DNA of 64,000 bases. Source: Alphaproteobacteria bacterium (lineage in GTDB: Bacteria; Pseudomonadota; Alphaproteobacteria; UBA11073). The position numbers and the translations under genes are program-made. The number at the start of each line of letters is the position of its first letter. Position 1 is the stretch's first letter. The stretch spans positions 4,466-68,465 of the forward strand of contig JABDAM010000001.1 of NCBI GenBank assembly GCA_013289145.1, read 5' to 3'. The notes under the pieces are model-generated. The model had not been told where the DNA came from and searched no databases. It saw only the letters and a list, made by a program, of their open reading frames with translations. Shown here piece after piece: positions 43,339-53,765 of the stretch.

Positions 43339-46092
43339 TTACGATACTTCTTCCTGGGTTTCGGGAGGCTCTTCTTCCCCCTCAATCCGCACGGCCGAAA
43401 CGACTTTTTCGCCATCGCTCACGCGCAATAAAATCACGCCGCTCGACGCGCGCCCCGTAATACGAACAGAGGATAACGGCAGCCGGATCAGCGTGCCGCC
43501 GTCGGTGGCGAGCATGACTTGGTCAGTCGGCTGAACCGGGAAAGTCGCAACGACTTCGCCCACTTTGCCCGCGTTTTTCAGGTTGGTAATGCCCTGCCCC
43601 GCGCGGCCTGACGTGCGGTATTCATAGGCAGAGGTCAGCTTGCCGTAACCCTTGCTGGTGACGGTTAAAATATATTCTTCCGCCTGCTCCATTTGCAGCG
43701 TGCGGGCGGGAGATAACGTGATATCGGAAGCAATATCTGCTTCTTCCTCATCGCTCCCCGCCTCTCCCTCGTCGCCATTATCGTTCGCCGCACGTTTCGC
43801 GCGTAAATATGACGCGCGTTCCTCGGCGTTGGCTTCGATGCCGTGCAGGATGGAAAGCGAAATAATGCTGTCGCCGTTCGCCAGTTTAATGCCACGCACA
43901 CCGTTTGACGCACGGCCGGCAAAGACGCGGATATCATCCACCGCGAAACGGATCGCGCGGCCCAGCGCCGTTGATAACATAATGTCATCTTCCGGCTTCG
44001 CCGTGTGAACGCCGATCAGTTTTTCTTCGCCGTCCAGTTTCATCGCGATAATTCCGCTGGAGCGAATGCTGTCAAAATCCGACAGTTTATTCCGGCGGAC
44101 GTTGCCGACGGACGTGGCGAAAATCATGTCCAGATCGCCCCAGGTTTTGTCATCCAGCGGCATCGGCAGCACGGCGGAAATCCGTTCATCCTGCGCGAGC
44201 GGCAACAGGTTCACCAGCGCCTTGCCGCGCGATTGCGGCGTGCCTACGGGAAGTTTGTAAACCTTCAGGCGGTACGCCATGCCTTTTGACGTAAAAAACA
44301 ACAGCCATTGGTGCGTGTTCGCCACGAACAGGTCGGTGACAAAATCTTCATCCTTCGTCGCCATGCCCGCGCGGCCTTTGCCGCCGCGGCCCTGGGCGCG
44401 GTAGGTGTCGAGCATGACGCGCTTCGCATAGCCGCTGTGTGAAATCGTCACGACCATTTCTTCACGCGGAATAAGGTCTTCGATATCCGCTTCGAATTCC
44501 AGATCCAAAATCTCCGTCCGGCGCGGCACAGCGAATTTGGTTTTGATTTCCTGCAATTCCATCACCAGAATGCCCAGCATTTTTTGGCGGTCGGCCAGGA
44601 TGGACAACAGTTCCGTGATATTCGCCACAACTTCATGCAATTCGGCGGAGATTTTTTCGCGCTCAAGGCCGGTCAGGCGTTGCAGGCGCAATTCCAGAAT
44701 GGCTTTCGCCTGCGCCTCAGACAAGCGGTAATTCGCGCCGTCGAATTGCGCGCCCTCGCCGCCTGCAACGGCGATCAGCGGCGCGATATCCAATGCCGGC
44801 CATTCACGCGCGATCAATTGTTCGCGCGCGGTATTGCCGTCCGGCGCAGCGCGGATGAGTTTAATGACTTCATCAATATTCGCGACGGCAACGGCCAGAC
44901 CGATCAACAAGTGAGCGCGTTCACGCGCCTTGCCGAGCTGATAAACCGTGCGGCGCGTGATGACTTCTTCGCGGAAGTTGACGAAAGCGCGGATGATGTC
45001 TTTCAGATTCATCATCTGCGGCTGGCCGTTATTCAGCGCCAGCATATTCACGCCGAACGAAGTTTGGAACGCCGTCGCGCGGAACAGGTTGTTTTGCACG
45101 ATATCCGCTTGCGCATCGCGTTTTAGTTCGAATACGACGCGCACACCGAGGCGATTGGACTCGTCGCGCATGTCCGCGATGCCTTCGAGCTGTTTGTCGT
45201 TCACCAATTCTTTCACGCGCGCCTGCACGTCGGCCTTGTTCACCTGATACGGCACTTCATCGATAATAATCGCCTGGCGTTCTTTGCGCAGTTCTTCGAT
45301 GTGTGATTTCGCGCGCATAATCACGCTGCCGCGGCCTGTCATATAGGCGCTGCGAATGCCCGCACGCCCCAAAATCTGCCCGCCCGTGGGGAAATCCGGA
45401 CCGGGCACATGCGTCATTAATTCTTCAATGGTGATGTCGTTATTCGCGACATAAGCGACACAGCCGTCGATCACCTCGCCCAAATTATGCGGCGGGATAT
45501 TTGTCGCCATACCGACCGCGATACCACCCGCGCCGTTGACGAGCAGGTTCGGATAACGCGCGGGCAGGACGACGGGTTCATGCTGGCTTTCGTCATAGTT
45601 CGGGCGGAAATCGACGGTGTCGTTATCAATGTCTTCGAGCAACGCTTCGGCGGATTTCGCCAAACGCGCTTCGGTATAACGCATCGCGGCGGGCGGATCA
45701 TCATCCATTGAGCCAAAGTTCCCCTGCCCGTCGATGAGCGGCAGAGACATGGAAAAAGGCTGCGCCATGCGCACCATGGCGTCATAAATCGCGCTGTCGC
45801 CGTGCGGGTGATAATTACCCATCACCTCCCCGACGATTTTGGCGGATTTTTTATAAGGCTTAGTGGAATCGAAACCACCTTCCTTCATCGCGAACAAAAT
45901 GCGGCGGTGAACAGGTTTCAAACCGTCGCGCACATCCGGCAGCGCGCGCGAGACAATGACTGACATCGCGTAGTCCAGATAGGACCGCTTCATCTCCTCT
46001 TCGAGGGTAATGGCAACAATATCCTGCGGCGGACCCGGAGGCATGGGCGGTGTATTTGCGGGCGGTAATTCAGCGGCGGTATCAGCGGTCAT
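43339..46092 (-). CDS. gyrA: DNA gyrase subunit A
   Basis: 917 aa. N-terminal [28 protein letters not shown] and the Tyr active-site region. C-terminal acidic tail. Confidence 0.95.
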   Translation of the reverse strand: MTADTAAELPPANTPPMPPGPPQDIVAITLEEEMKRSYLDYAMSVIVSRALPDVRDGLKPVHRRILFAMKEGGFDSTKPYKKSAKIVGEVMGNYHPHGDSAIYDAMVRMAQPFSMSLPLIDGQGNFGSMDDDPPAAMRYTEARLAKSAEALLEDIDNDTVDFRPNYDESQHEPVVLPARYPNLLVNGAGGIAVGMATNIPPHNLGEVIDGCVAYVANNDITIEELMTHVPGPDFPTGGQILGRAGIRSAYMTGRGSVIMRAKSHIEELRKERQAIIIDEVPYQVNKADVQARVKELVNDKQLEGIADMRDESNRLGVRVVFELKRDAQADIVQNNLFRATAFQTSFGVNMLALNNGQPQMMNLKDIIRAFVNFREEVITRRTVYQLGKARERAHLLIGLAVAVANIDEVIKLIRAAPDGNTAREQLIAREWPALDIAPLIAVAGGEGAQFDGANYRLSEAQAKAILELRLQRLTGLEREKISAELHEVVANITELLSILADRQKMLGILVMELQEIKTKFAVPRRTEILDLEFEADIEDLIPREEMVVTISHSGYAKRVMLDTYRAQGRGGKGRAGMATKDEDFVTDLFVANTHQWLLFFTSKGMAYRLKVYKLPVGTPQSRGKALVNLLPLAQDERISAVLPMPLDDKTWGDLDMIFATSVGNVRRNKLSDFDSIRSSGIIAMKLDGEEKLIGVHTAKPEDDIMLSTALGRAIRFAVDDIRVFAGRASNGVRGIKLANGDSIISLSILHGIEANAEERASYLRAKRAANDNGDEGEAGSDEEEADIASDITLSPARTLQMEQAEEYILTVTSKGYGKLTSAYEYRTSGRAGQGITNLKNAGKVGEVVATFPVQPTDQVMLATDGGTLIRLPLSSVRITGRASSGVILLRVSDGEKVVSAVRIEGEEEPPETQEEVS

Positions 46093-46141
46093 CAGATTCG
46101 ATTCTCAAGTGTCAAAAAACAAAGGAATTCCCAAGAAATTC

Positions 46142-46178
46142 AGGGGCGAATCCGGCACGGATTCACCCCTGTTTTTTA
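46142..46178 (+). terminator. Orphan intrinsic-terminator-like hairpin plus T6 on the plus strand, just upstream of the gyrA start
   Basis: caggggcgaatccg-gcac-ggattcacccctg followed by tttttt. There is no plus-strand gene upstream. Confidence 0.35.
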
Positions 46179-46320
46179 GCCGTTTCTGAGAGATTTTACC
46201 AGTCAATTTACGTTTTATTTTCCAGCCATCTGCTCTGTTACCGTACGCATATAGTTTGCTTGACATTAAGACTTTTCAAGGAATAAGGTCGGTCAGTTAT
46301 AGAACCATAAAGGGGATATC

Positions 46321-46731
46321 ATGGTGAAAGTTCTGGTTGCAGACGCAAAAGAGGGCTCCATTGAGCTTTACCGAAACATCCTGAAATCCGCCGGTTATAC
46401 CGTGCTTGCCGCTTCCACGAGCACCGAAGCAACACATCTGGCAAGTTTTGAAAAGCCCGATGCCATCATTTTGAACGAGCTCGATGGGATCAATGAAGAC
46501 CATGCGCTCGCCAAAGGACTAAGACGGATTATCGAGGAAGGAACTGGGAAAAACCCTCTTATTATTCGGGTAGGAACAACGAAAAGTACTATGATCGATG
46601 ATGACTGGTATTATCCCTATGACTTGGAACTTCAAAAACCAATCAAGCCTTCATGGTTGCTCCACTGTCTAAGCCGCTTAACAAGCCCACAAGTTCCCGT
46701 TAATCATCCACTTCCCCTCAATGGACCATAA
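46321..46731 (+). CDS. Stand-alone CheY-like receiver-domain protein, possibly a pseudo-receiver
   Basis: (beta-alpha)5-like pattern: VLVADA...DAIILNELDG...IIRVGTTKS...LQKPIKP. The position expected for the phospho-Asp appears to be Asn. Confidence 0.5.
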   Translation: MVKVLVADAKEGSIELYRNILKSAGYTVLAASTSTEATHLASFEKPDAIILNELDGINEDHALAKGLRRIIEEGTGKNPLIIRVGTTKSTMIDDDWYYPYDLELQKPIKPSWLLHCLSRLTSPQVPVNHPLPLNGP

Positions 46732-46750
46732 ATATTGCTCGGAGTTTGAA

Positions 46751-47248
46751 TTAAAACGGAATCTCGTCATCAAAATCCGATGGAATGGCCGCAGACGCGC
46801 CGCCGCCAAAGGAACCGCCGCCTGAGCCGCCCCCCGTGCCTGTGGCCTGGAAGCTGTCCAGGCCGTAATTATCATTCCCCTGGCCTGCGCCTGAGCCCGC
46901 GCGGTCAAGCAAAATCAATTCACCGCGGTAAGGACGCAAGACAACCTCAGTTGAATATTTCTCCTGGCCGTCTTTGTCCGTCCATTTGCGGGTTTCCAGC
47001 TGGCCTTCGATATACAGTTTGGTGCCCTTACGCACATATTTTTCCACGACGCCGACCAAATTCTGGTTCAGCACGGAAATGCGGTGCCATTCCGTTTTTT
47101 CTTTTTGCTCGCCGGACTGTTTGTCTTTCCAGCGCTCGCTCGTCGCCACGGAAAAACTCGCGACGCGATCGCCGTTTTGGAATGAACGGATTTCCGCGTC
47201 CTTCCCCAAATTGCCGATGATTGTGACTTTGTTTAATGAGCCCGCCAT
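46751..47248 (-). CDS. ssb: Single-stranded DNA-binding protein
   Basis: OB-fold N-terminus (VTIIGNLGKDAEIR), Gly-rich linker, acidic tail DFDDEIPF. Confidence 0.9.
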   Translation of the reverse strand: MAGSLNKVTIIGNLGKDAEIRSFQNGDRVASFSVATSERWKDKQSGEQKEKTEWHRISVLNQNLVGVVEKYVRKGTKLYIEGQLETRKWTDKDGQEKYSTEVVLRPYRGELILLDRAGSGAGQGNDNYGLDSFQATGTGGGSGGGSFGGGASAAIPSDFDDEIPF

Positions 47249-47269
47249 ATGTGTCTCCCGGATCTGGAC

Positions 47270-47284
47270 GTTCTGGTTATGTTC
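47270..47284. promoter_or_regulatory. Alphaproteobacterial-type LexA (SOS) box GTTC-N7-GTTC in the ssb promoter region
   Basis: gttctggttatgttc, 22-36 nt upstream of the ssb ATG. Matches the direct-repeat SOS box described for alphaproteobacteria. Confidence 0.55.
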
Positions 47285-47389
47285 TTAACATGATGTCATG
47301 CAAGATGTAAAGCATTATCGGCAAAAATAGATGTAGGCAAGTTTTTATTGGAATTTCGGCGCAATGTTATTTATGTTCTTCGCGATCGG

Positions 47390-47638
47390 CTATGACAAAA
47401 CTATATCCGGATTCTTGTGCGACCCGCCGTTGCCGCGCAAAGCATAATCCAGCCGCGCTTCACGCAAAATGTCCTGGGTCATTTCCCGTATTTCTTTCCT
47501 GCCGGACATTTCATCTAGAATATCAATGACTTCGCTTCTTGTTTTCGAGCTGCCGAATGGAGCGGTTTCCGGATCCCGTTGAGCATGCCCAAGATAAATC
47601 GCAATCCTGGCGTTCAAACCTGGTGTTTTATGCGGCAT
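47390..47638 (-). CDS. Small hypothetical protein (82 aa)
   Basis: ORF only. Confidence 0.3.
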   Translation of the reverse strand: MPHKTPGLNARIAIYLGHAQRDPETAPFGSSKTRSEVIDILDEMSGRKEIREMTQDILREARLDYALRGNGGSHKNPDIVLS

Positions 47639-47719
47639 GGAGAGCCTCCGTGTTAATGGTAGATTTTTAATTGACTCGATTTCTCAGTCAATCTGCAAAA
47701 TCCAGTCGCAAGTCTTTGC

Positions 47720-48352
47720 CTAAAGTGACAAGCTGTTTGCCCTTGATTTTAATACACCCCAGGATATCCCGCAAACTATAGCTGAAAGAATGAATATTGC
47801 AGTCGAATATGGCAAGAGCTGTACTTGCCATGCCAAAGCTTCCTTTCTTTCGCCAACGGTGATCGTGCTGCGGAAAGCTGTTTGGGGGGTGGCAAGGAGG
47901 CTTTGATCTTCAGGCTTAGTGATCACATAACTATCAGGAACATCTTTTAAAAAAGATTCTTCATTAGGCGCAGTGATCGCACCGCCCAGCGCGGCCGCGC
48001 CAGAAAGCAAACATATCGTGCCAGACACCATAGAGGTGATTACAGCCACACCTTCCACCTTGCCTTCCGTTCGCCTGCGTTCATTAGCGGCTTTATTACG
48101 TTGCTGCTGCGCTTCCCATTGCCGCTCCTCTGGCGTCATGGAAGCTTCTCTTGCAAGATTTCTATTTCTGATATTATCCCAAAACTCATCCCCCGTATGA
48201 ACTGGAACAAATTTCCCGTCCGGCTCGAATTGTCCGATTGCGGGCTCTATTGGATCATATTTCCTGCTAAAGCGCCCGCTATAATCATATAATTTTTCCG
48301 GGGCCAGCGGCGACAAATTCTCGCTCTGTTCATTTTTGGTGTCTTTAGACAT
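47720..48352 (-). CDS. Hypothetical membrane protein (210 aa, two C-terminal hydrophobic helices), lower G+C
   Basis: Hydrophobic segments VAVITSMVSGTICLLSGAAALGGAI and AIFILSAIVCGISWGVL. Confidence 0.45.
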   Translation of the reverse strand: MSKDTKNEQSENLSPLAPEKLYDYSGRFSRKYDPIEPAIGQFEPDGKFVPVHTGDEFWDNIRNRNLAREASMTPEERQWEAQQQRNKAANERRRTEGKVEGVAVITSMVSGTICLLSGAAALGGAITAPNEESFLKDVPDSYVITKPEDQSLLATPQTAFRSTITVGERKEALAWQVQLLPYSTAIFILSAIVCGISWGVLKSRANSLSL

Positions 48353-48409
48353 GCATCATCCTTATCTTTAAACGTTTCCGGTGGAATATAGCATTTTGCC
48401 GTGCCCAAA

Positions 48410-49273
48410 TCAAATATTTTCGGCAAAATCCAGCCCGATATCCAGCGCCGGGGCGCTGTGCGTGATCGCGCCGACGGAAATAAAATCCACGCCGGTTTCG
48501 GCGATGGCGGCAATATTATCGGCGTTGACGCCGCCGGTGGCCTCAAGAATCGCTTGATTGGCCGTGATTTCAACGGCCTCGCGCATGATCGGCACGGGCA
48601 TGTTGTCGAGCATAATCCGGTCCGCGCGGGCGGATAATGCGGTACGTAATTGATCGAGGCTTTCAACTTCAACGGCAATCGTCAAGCCGGGTTGCGCCGC
48701 GCGTGCTTTGGCGATCGCAGCGGTAATGTTACCGCCCAATACCGCGATGTGATTATCCTTAATCATCACCATATCGAACAACCCCATCCGGTGGTTCGCG
48801 CCGCCGCCGCAACGCACGGCGTACTTTTCCAGCTCACGCAGACCAGGCGTAGTTTTACGCGTATCACAAACCTTCGCTTTCGTGTGGGCAATCTTTTGCT
48901 GCAATGTATGCGTCGCCGTAGCGATGCCGGACAAATGCGTGATGAAGTTCAGCGCCGTGCGTTCAGCCGTTAAAATCGCAGCCGCGCTGCCGGTAACGGT
49001 TGCAAGCCTGGTTTGCGGCACGACGAAATCGCCGTCTTTGGCGTGATAATGTATTTCCACCCGGCCACCGGCCTGGGCTGGAATAACGGCAGAAAGCACG
49101 TCAAACACTTGACCGATAATTTCCAACCCCGCCACCAGCCCCGCGCGGCGCGTCACAAAATACGCTGTCACCACCGCATCCGGCGGCACCAGCGCGGCGG
49201 TGGTGACATCCCCCTGCCCGCCTAAATCCTCGGCCAGCGCAGCGCGGATTAACTTAGAAACGTCCAATGCCAT
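48410..49273 (-). CDS. nadC: Nicotinate-nucleotide pyrophosphorylase (quinolinate PRTase)
   Basis: N-terminal LIRAALAEDLGGQGDVTT motif. 287 aa. Confidence 0.9.
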   Translation of the reverse strand: MALDVSKLIRAALAEDLGGQGDVTTAALVPPDAVVTAYFVTRRAGLVAGLEIIGQVFDVLSAVIPAQAGGRVEIHYHAKDGDFVVPQTRLATVTGSAAAILTAERTALNFITHLSGIATATHTLQQKIAHTKAKVCDTRKTTPGLRELEKYAVRCGGGANHRMGLFDMVMIKDNHIAVLGGNITAAIAKARAAQPGLTIAVEVESLDQLRTALSARADRIMLDNMPVPIMREAVEITANQAILEATGGVNADNIAAIAETGVDFISVGAITHSAPALDIGLDFAENI

Positions 49274-49319
49274 GCGGCCTTATAGCACGGAGAAAAATTC
49301 AAACACGATCAAAATTGCC

Positions 49320-50204
49320 CTAAAATTGCCAAGTCAGCGCCGCGCCCAACTCGATCGTATGGTTCGCGGGTTCGACGCCGGTTGTAATCAGGCCGAGCGT
49401 ATGGCTGGCATTCACCGCCAAATAGGTGTTCGAATCGGACTCGCGGATGTTCCAGTAACGCACAAACGGCGTGAAGATCAGGTTGCCATATTCGAATTGC
49501 TTGCTGACCGGCAAGCTCGCGCGCAAGCCATAACCGTTATGCTGGGCGTTATGCAAATCCGTAACGCCCGTAAAATTCTGCCCCAGGTATGTCGTGACCA
49601 ACCCGGTGGTTTGGGTCTGCTGTTCGCCGGCAATGAAATAATCATATTCAAAATTCGGCGCGAAATGGAATCCCGAACCCAGATCAAAACCAAATGCAAC
49701 GCCCAGCGGCAGGTAATAGTAATGCGAAAAGCGATTATACCCTTCAAAAAGCTCGTTACCGACCAGTTTCGTATGCCCCTGCTGTTCGTCTTTTAAAAAC
49801 CGGAAACCAAATCCCGTGTAGGGCGTAAAGGTGTTATGGTTACCCATGATCCAGCCGACCAATGCGCGCGGCTCGATATACGAATTTAAATTATTGTTTA
49901 TGCGCCCGGTCGGCTGCGACGAATATGTCAACCACCCGCCGCCCGCGTGCGCGTCCAGCCCCAGATACCAATGTTTTTTAATCGCGGCGAAATCGCCCTG
50001 GATGCCGTACATGGCGCCATATAGATTTGCAAAATGCGGTTCGGTGTAGTGGTAATAAAAAACCTCCGGCCCGATATCCCAAGTGTAATGCCAGGAAGAT
50101 TTAGCGGGTACATAGGTTGGCGCCGCATCCTGCGCACGCGCCGACGACAGACAAAAACCGGCGATTAAAACCAAGCATAAAAAACTGAGTGTAAGTTTCT
50201 TCAT
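49320..50204 (-). CDS. Outer-membrane beta-barrel protein with a signal peptide
   Basis: MKKLTLSFLCLVLIAGF...ARAQD signal. Alternating aromatic/hydrophobic strands. C-terminal ...ALTWQF with terminal Phe. Confidence 0.6.
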   Translation of the reverse strand: MKKLTLSFLCLVLIAGFCLSSARAQDAAPTYVPAKSSWHYTWDIGPEVFYYHYTEPHFANLYGAMYGIQGDFAAIKKHWYLGLDAHAGGGWLTYSSQPTGRINNNLNSYIEPRALVGWIMGNHNTFTPYTGFGFRFLKDEQQGHTKLVGNELFEGYNRFSHYYYLPLGVAFGFDLGSGFHFAPNFEYDYFIAGEQQTQTTGLVTTYLGQNFTGVTDLHNAQHNGYGLRASLPVSKQFEYGNLIFTPFVRYWNIRESDSNTYLAVNASHTLGLITTGVEPANHTIELGAALTWQF

Positions 50205-50272
50205 CCCGTCCCCCTGGGGCTGCAAACCTGGCGGACAGTAGAAGATTCTTGCCTATAAAGAAACGATAAACG

Positions 50273-51286
50273 CTATTTGACCGCCAGCATCCGTTCAACC
50301 GACGCGCGGGCGCGCTCGGCAACGGCGGGGTCGATGGTGACTTCGGGCTGCTCAGTTTGCAGCGCGGCCAGGATTTTCGGCAGCGTGATGCGCTGCATGT
50401 GCGGACACAGATTGCACGGCTGAGTAAATTGCGTTCCCGGATTGGCGGCGCGGAGGTTGTCGGACATCGCGCATTCGGTAATCAAAATCACGCGCGGGGG
50501 TTTGTTGGTTTCGACGTAATCCTGCATTTTGGCAGTCGAACCAACGTAATCCGCCTCCGCCAGCACCGACGGCGGACATTCAGGATGCGCCAGCACGACC
50601 GCGCCGGGGTTATTCTTTTTGAAAAAACGAATGTCTTTGGCGGTGAAGCGTTCATGCACTTCGCAGTGCCCGTGCCAGGCGATGATTTTCACCTTCGTCT
50701 GCGTCGCGACGTAGTTCGCCAGATATTCATCGGGCAAAAACAAAACTTCCGGCACACCCAGACTTTCCACCACCTTCACCGCGTTGCCTGACGTGCAGCA
50801 AATATCCGTCTCCGCCTTCACTGCCGCTGAGGTATTCACATAAGTCACCACCGGCACGCCCGGATAGCGTTCGCGCAGCAATCGCACATCCGCCGCCGTG
50901 ATGGATTCCGCCAACGAACAGCCAGCCTTCACGTCCGGGATTAAAACTTTTTTGTGGGGATTCAACAGCTTCGCCGTCTCCGCCATAAAATGCACGCCGC
51001 ACATGACGATGATATCGGCGTCCGTCTTCGCCGCATCGCGCGCGAGGGCCAGGCTGTCCCCCACCACATCCGCCACGGTATGAAAGATCTGCGCCGACTG
51101 ATAATTATGCGCGAGGATAACGGCGTTCTTTTCTTTTTTCAGCCGGTTGATCTCATGAATGATCGGCGCATAACCCGGCCATTCGAGTTGAGATACCACA
51201 TCCTTGACGCGATCAAACAGAGGCGCTGTCGCCGCCGCGATTTCGGGGGTGTATGGGAGCTCGGCGGCGGTTGCTTGCATAGGCAT
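50273..51286 (-). CDS. nadA: Quinolinate synthase
   Basis: AHNYQ...[10 protein letters not shown]...TSGNA motifs. Confidence 0.9.
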   Translation of the reverse strand: MPMQATAAELPYTPEIAAATAPLFDRVKDVVSQLEWPGYAPIIHEINRLKKEKNAVILAHNYQSAQIFHTVADVVGDSLALARDAAKTDADIIVMCGVHFMAETAKLLNPHKKVLIPDVKAGCSLAESITAADVRLLRERYPGVPVVTYVNTSAAVKAETDICCTSGNAVKVVESLGVPEVLFLPDEYLANYVATQTKVKIIAWHGHCEVHERFTAKDIRFFKKNNPGAVVLAHPECPPSVLAEADYVGSTAKMQDYVETNKPPRVILITECAMSDNLRAANPGTQFTQPCNLCPHMQRITLPKILAALQTEQPEVTIDPAVAERARASVERMLAVK

Positions 51287-51320
51287 GGATATGCTTTCAG
51301 TTGTTATATGGCAAGACTAA

Positions 51321-51740
51321 TCAGGCGCTTAACGTCGCGCTGAAACTACCTTTACGAGAAGCAGCCACTGGCACTTGACGCGTTTCCATACGGCGAGCGA
51401 CCTCTAAAACACGCTTCCATTTACGCTTTTGGCCAAGAGCATCGGGGGGATCATAGCGCGAACCTCGAGTAACATCAAAAGCCCCTAATCCCATAAAGAT
51501 CAAAGTAGATAATGCTGCCAAAGTAGCGTACGCTCCCTGATCCTTAGTATGGCTGGTTACCATAGTGGCGAGGAAGCTCCCAAACGCGGCTACACTCCAT
51601 AGTAATCCTTTCAAAAAATCATATCCCTCAAGACGTTCTAGCGCACGAGAGGCATATTCCCCAGCCTCATGCGCCGGGATTTTTCTGTTATGAATATCTG
51701 TCACCAACCCTAAAGTTCTACGGAAAAACATTCGAGTCAT
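51321..51740 (-). CDS. Small membrane protein (bilobed hydrophobic domain), 'MFFRR' family, paralog B
   Basis: M-x-x-MFFRR N-terminus and hydrophobic core LLWSVAAFGSFLATMV...ATLAALSTLIFMGLGAF. Clear paralogy with 51797..52279. Confidence 0.5.
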   Translation of the reverse strand: MTRMFFRRTLGLVTDIHNRKIPAHEAGEYASRALERLEGYDFLKGLLWSVAAFGSFLATMVTSHTKDQGAYATLAALSTLIFMGLGAFDVTRGSRYDPPDALGQKRKWKRVLEVARRMETRQVPVAASRKGSFSATLSA

Positions 51741-51796
51741 GGACATCCCCTTATCAGTTAATCAATCATTCTTAGCGTAATAGAGATCATCTAAGA

Positions 51797-52279
51797 TTAT
51801 ACCTTCAATGTTGGTCCAGTCGATACGACCCCTTGCCGTTTAGCCGATGCGGTTTGCAGCCGCTGCGCTTCCTGTTGGTCACGTTGGCTCTTATCTTCAA
51901 TCCGTTCAGCTTGCTGTAATACTGTTCTCCACTTTGTCATTTGACCAAAAAAATCAGCCTTTGGATGCTTGCTAGCAGGGAAAACCACAGCCATATGTTC
52001 ATGATCAATATTCTCCCCTGCTATAGCCATTATCAACCCCCCAATAATAAGGCCTAAACTAACCGACGTATTTGCATTAAGATTAGGCCCCATCATCACT
52101 GTACCTATAAGACCAGCCATCACCCCTGCCATGCTAGCTAGCCGACTCCAACCCACAAATTCAGGAATATTATCATGCAAAACATGGAGTGCATATGCTT
52201 TAGCCTCACCAGGATCAATTTTACCGCTGCCAATATCTGCGATTAAAGAACCTCTTCTACGAAAAAACATTCCAGACAT
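51797..52279 (-). CDS. Small membrane protein (bilobed hydrophobic domain), 'MFFRR' family, paralog A
   Basis: MSGMFFRRRGS... AGGAGG sits 5 nt upstream of the ATG at 52277-52279. Hydrophobic core MAGVMAGLIGTVMMGP...SLGLIIGGLIMAIAG. Confidence 0.5.
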   Translation of the reverse strand: MSGMFFRRRGSLIADIGSGKIDPGEAKAYALHVLHDNIPEFVGWSRLASMAGVMAGLIGTVMMGPNLNANTSVSLGLIIGGLIMAIAGENIDHEHMAVVFPASKHPKADFFGQMTKWRTVLQQAERIEDKSQRDQQEAQRLQTASAKRQGVVSTGPTLKV

Positions 52280-52416
52280 GCACACCTCCTTATAAGTTAA
52301 TCAAGTACTTTCAGGGTAACAGGAATTTATCTAAAATTCAATGAATTTATTACTTGCAAGCCGATGGAAGCTGAAAAATCTTGACTTCAAACACTTAAAC
52401 TCAACATAAAAGACAA

Positions 52417-52935
52417 ATGAACATCAGCCGCATCCGCCGCAGATTGGCTTCGTGCCTCCGGCGTTTCACATATCATTTTTCCGCCCCGCCCGCCGAAAGG
52501 CCGTTATTCGAATTCACGGGCCGACTTGCCTATGATTGGGATGCTGGCGCAAACCAAATTCTGATTTTCGCCGTTATGAAAAGCAACGGCATCCGCCCCG
52601 CCGAGGGCTCCGCCCATTCCATCGACAGCGGTTTTATCTATGGCGGCGAAGATTGCTTTAGTCCGAAAGAATTACAAGACCTGCGGAAAGAACATCAACG
52701 CATCGTTCACGACTACAATTTAACGTCTCATTCCAGCCAAGCGCTGACCGTGCAACAATGCGATACCGCGCTGGACGCTATTCACCAGGATTGCCAGCAA
52801 CGCAAAGCTCTTAATTACACGTCGGCCGATACCGCTGGCGCTTTGCTACATCGTTCCGCCGTACCTGATACAAGCGGCGCTTTCCACCCCAGCCGCCGCC
52901 AGATTGAAAAGGCGCACAGGGAATTGACACTTTAG
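52417..52935 (+). CDS. Hypothetical protein (172 aa)
   Basis: ORF only. Confidence 0.35.
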   Translation: MNISRIRRRLASCLRRFTYHFSAPPAERPLFEFTGRLAYDWDAGANQILIFAVMKSNGIRPAEGSAHSIDSGFIYGGEDCFSPKELQDLRKEHQRIVHDYNLTSHSSQALTVQQCDTALDAIHQDCQQRKALNYTSADTAGALLHRSAVPDTSGAFHPSRRQIEKAHRELTL

Positions 52936-53045
52936 GGCATTTGTTACGCCTACACCCGCACGATTTCAGGGATGCAGGGGAGTTCGGCGGCGGTTGAGAG
53001 CATAGGTGTTAGATATGCGCTCAACCATAATCAGACAATAGAGAA

Positions 53046-53765
53046 TTAAGGAGTAGCTTTCGGCGCGTTTACCGGCGCTTTGCCTGAGAACTCACGCTTA
53101 ACAAATGCCATCATAGAACCGTGGGTTTTGCCGACATTTTCTACGCGATCAACAATAGCAAAACGCTTTTCCATTTCAGGAGTCACTGGGGGGTTATTAT
53201 AAAGTCCAGCGGGCGGATCATCCACAGCATCATTAATTTTAAGTTCTTTCAAGAAAGCTTCCCGCCTTGCTTTTTTCTCAGGATGCGTAGCGTCCCAATT
53301 TTTCCGTATCTGATCGACAGTTTTGTTCCAATCATTATATTCCTGCAACCAGTTAGGGCCGTATAGTGTAACGAGTTGCTTACTCGGAACCCAATGCTTT
53401 TCCAAAGCTTCTTTAGCGTCAAAAGGATCAGTAAATTGAAGTTTATCTTGAGGCTTATTTTCAACCGCAGTTATTTTGTCATATAAAGCGGCAGCTTTGA
53501 AAGCTGCAGGTTTATTGCCACCTTCAATGGCGTCTATAACTTTAAACTCTAATTCTTGTTTATCCAATTGCTCAAAGTAGTCATATTTCTCACTTTTGGT
53601 AGCAATGACTAAATCTATTTTATCTATCGATGTTCTCCGTAAAATAATTCCTTCCGTTACTTTCGGCTGAAAAGGCTCCGGCGGAAAATCCTGCGCAACG
53701 GCAAAAGATGTTGTTAACGCTGCAAAACCCAAAACGGCGGCGTTACGGGCGTGACCAAAGTTCAT
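53046..53765 (-). CDS. Hypothetical secreted protein (signal peptide), lower G+C
   Basis: N-terminal AAVLGFAALTTSFAVAQD signal-like segment. Lys/Glu-rich body. Confidence 0.5.
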   Translation of the reverse strand: MNFGHARNAAVLGFAALTTSFAVAQDFPPEPFQPKVTEGIILRRTSIDKIDLVIATKSEKYDYFEQLDKQELEFKVIDAIEGGNKPAAFKAAALYDKITAVENKPQDKLQFTDPFDAKEALEKHWVPSKQLVTLYGPNWLQEYNDWNKTVDQIRKNWDATHPEKKARREAFLKELKINDAVDDPPAGLYNNPPVTPEMEKRFAIVDRVENVGKTHGSMMAFVKREFSGKAPVNAPKATP

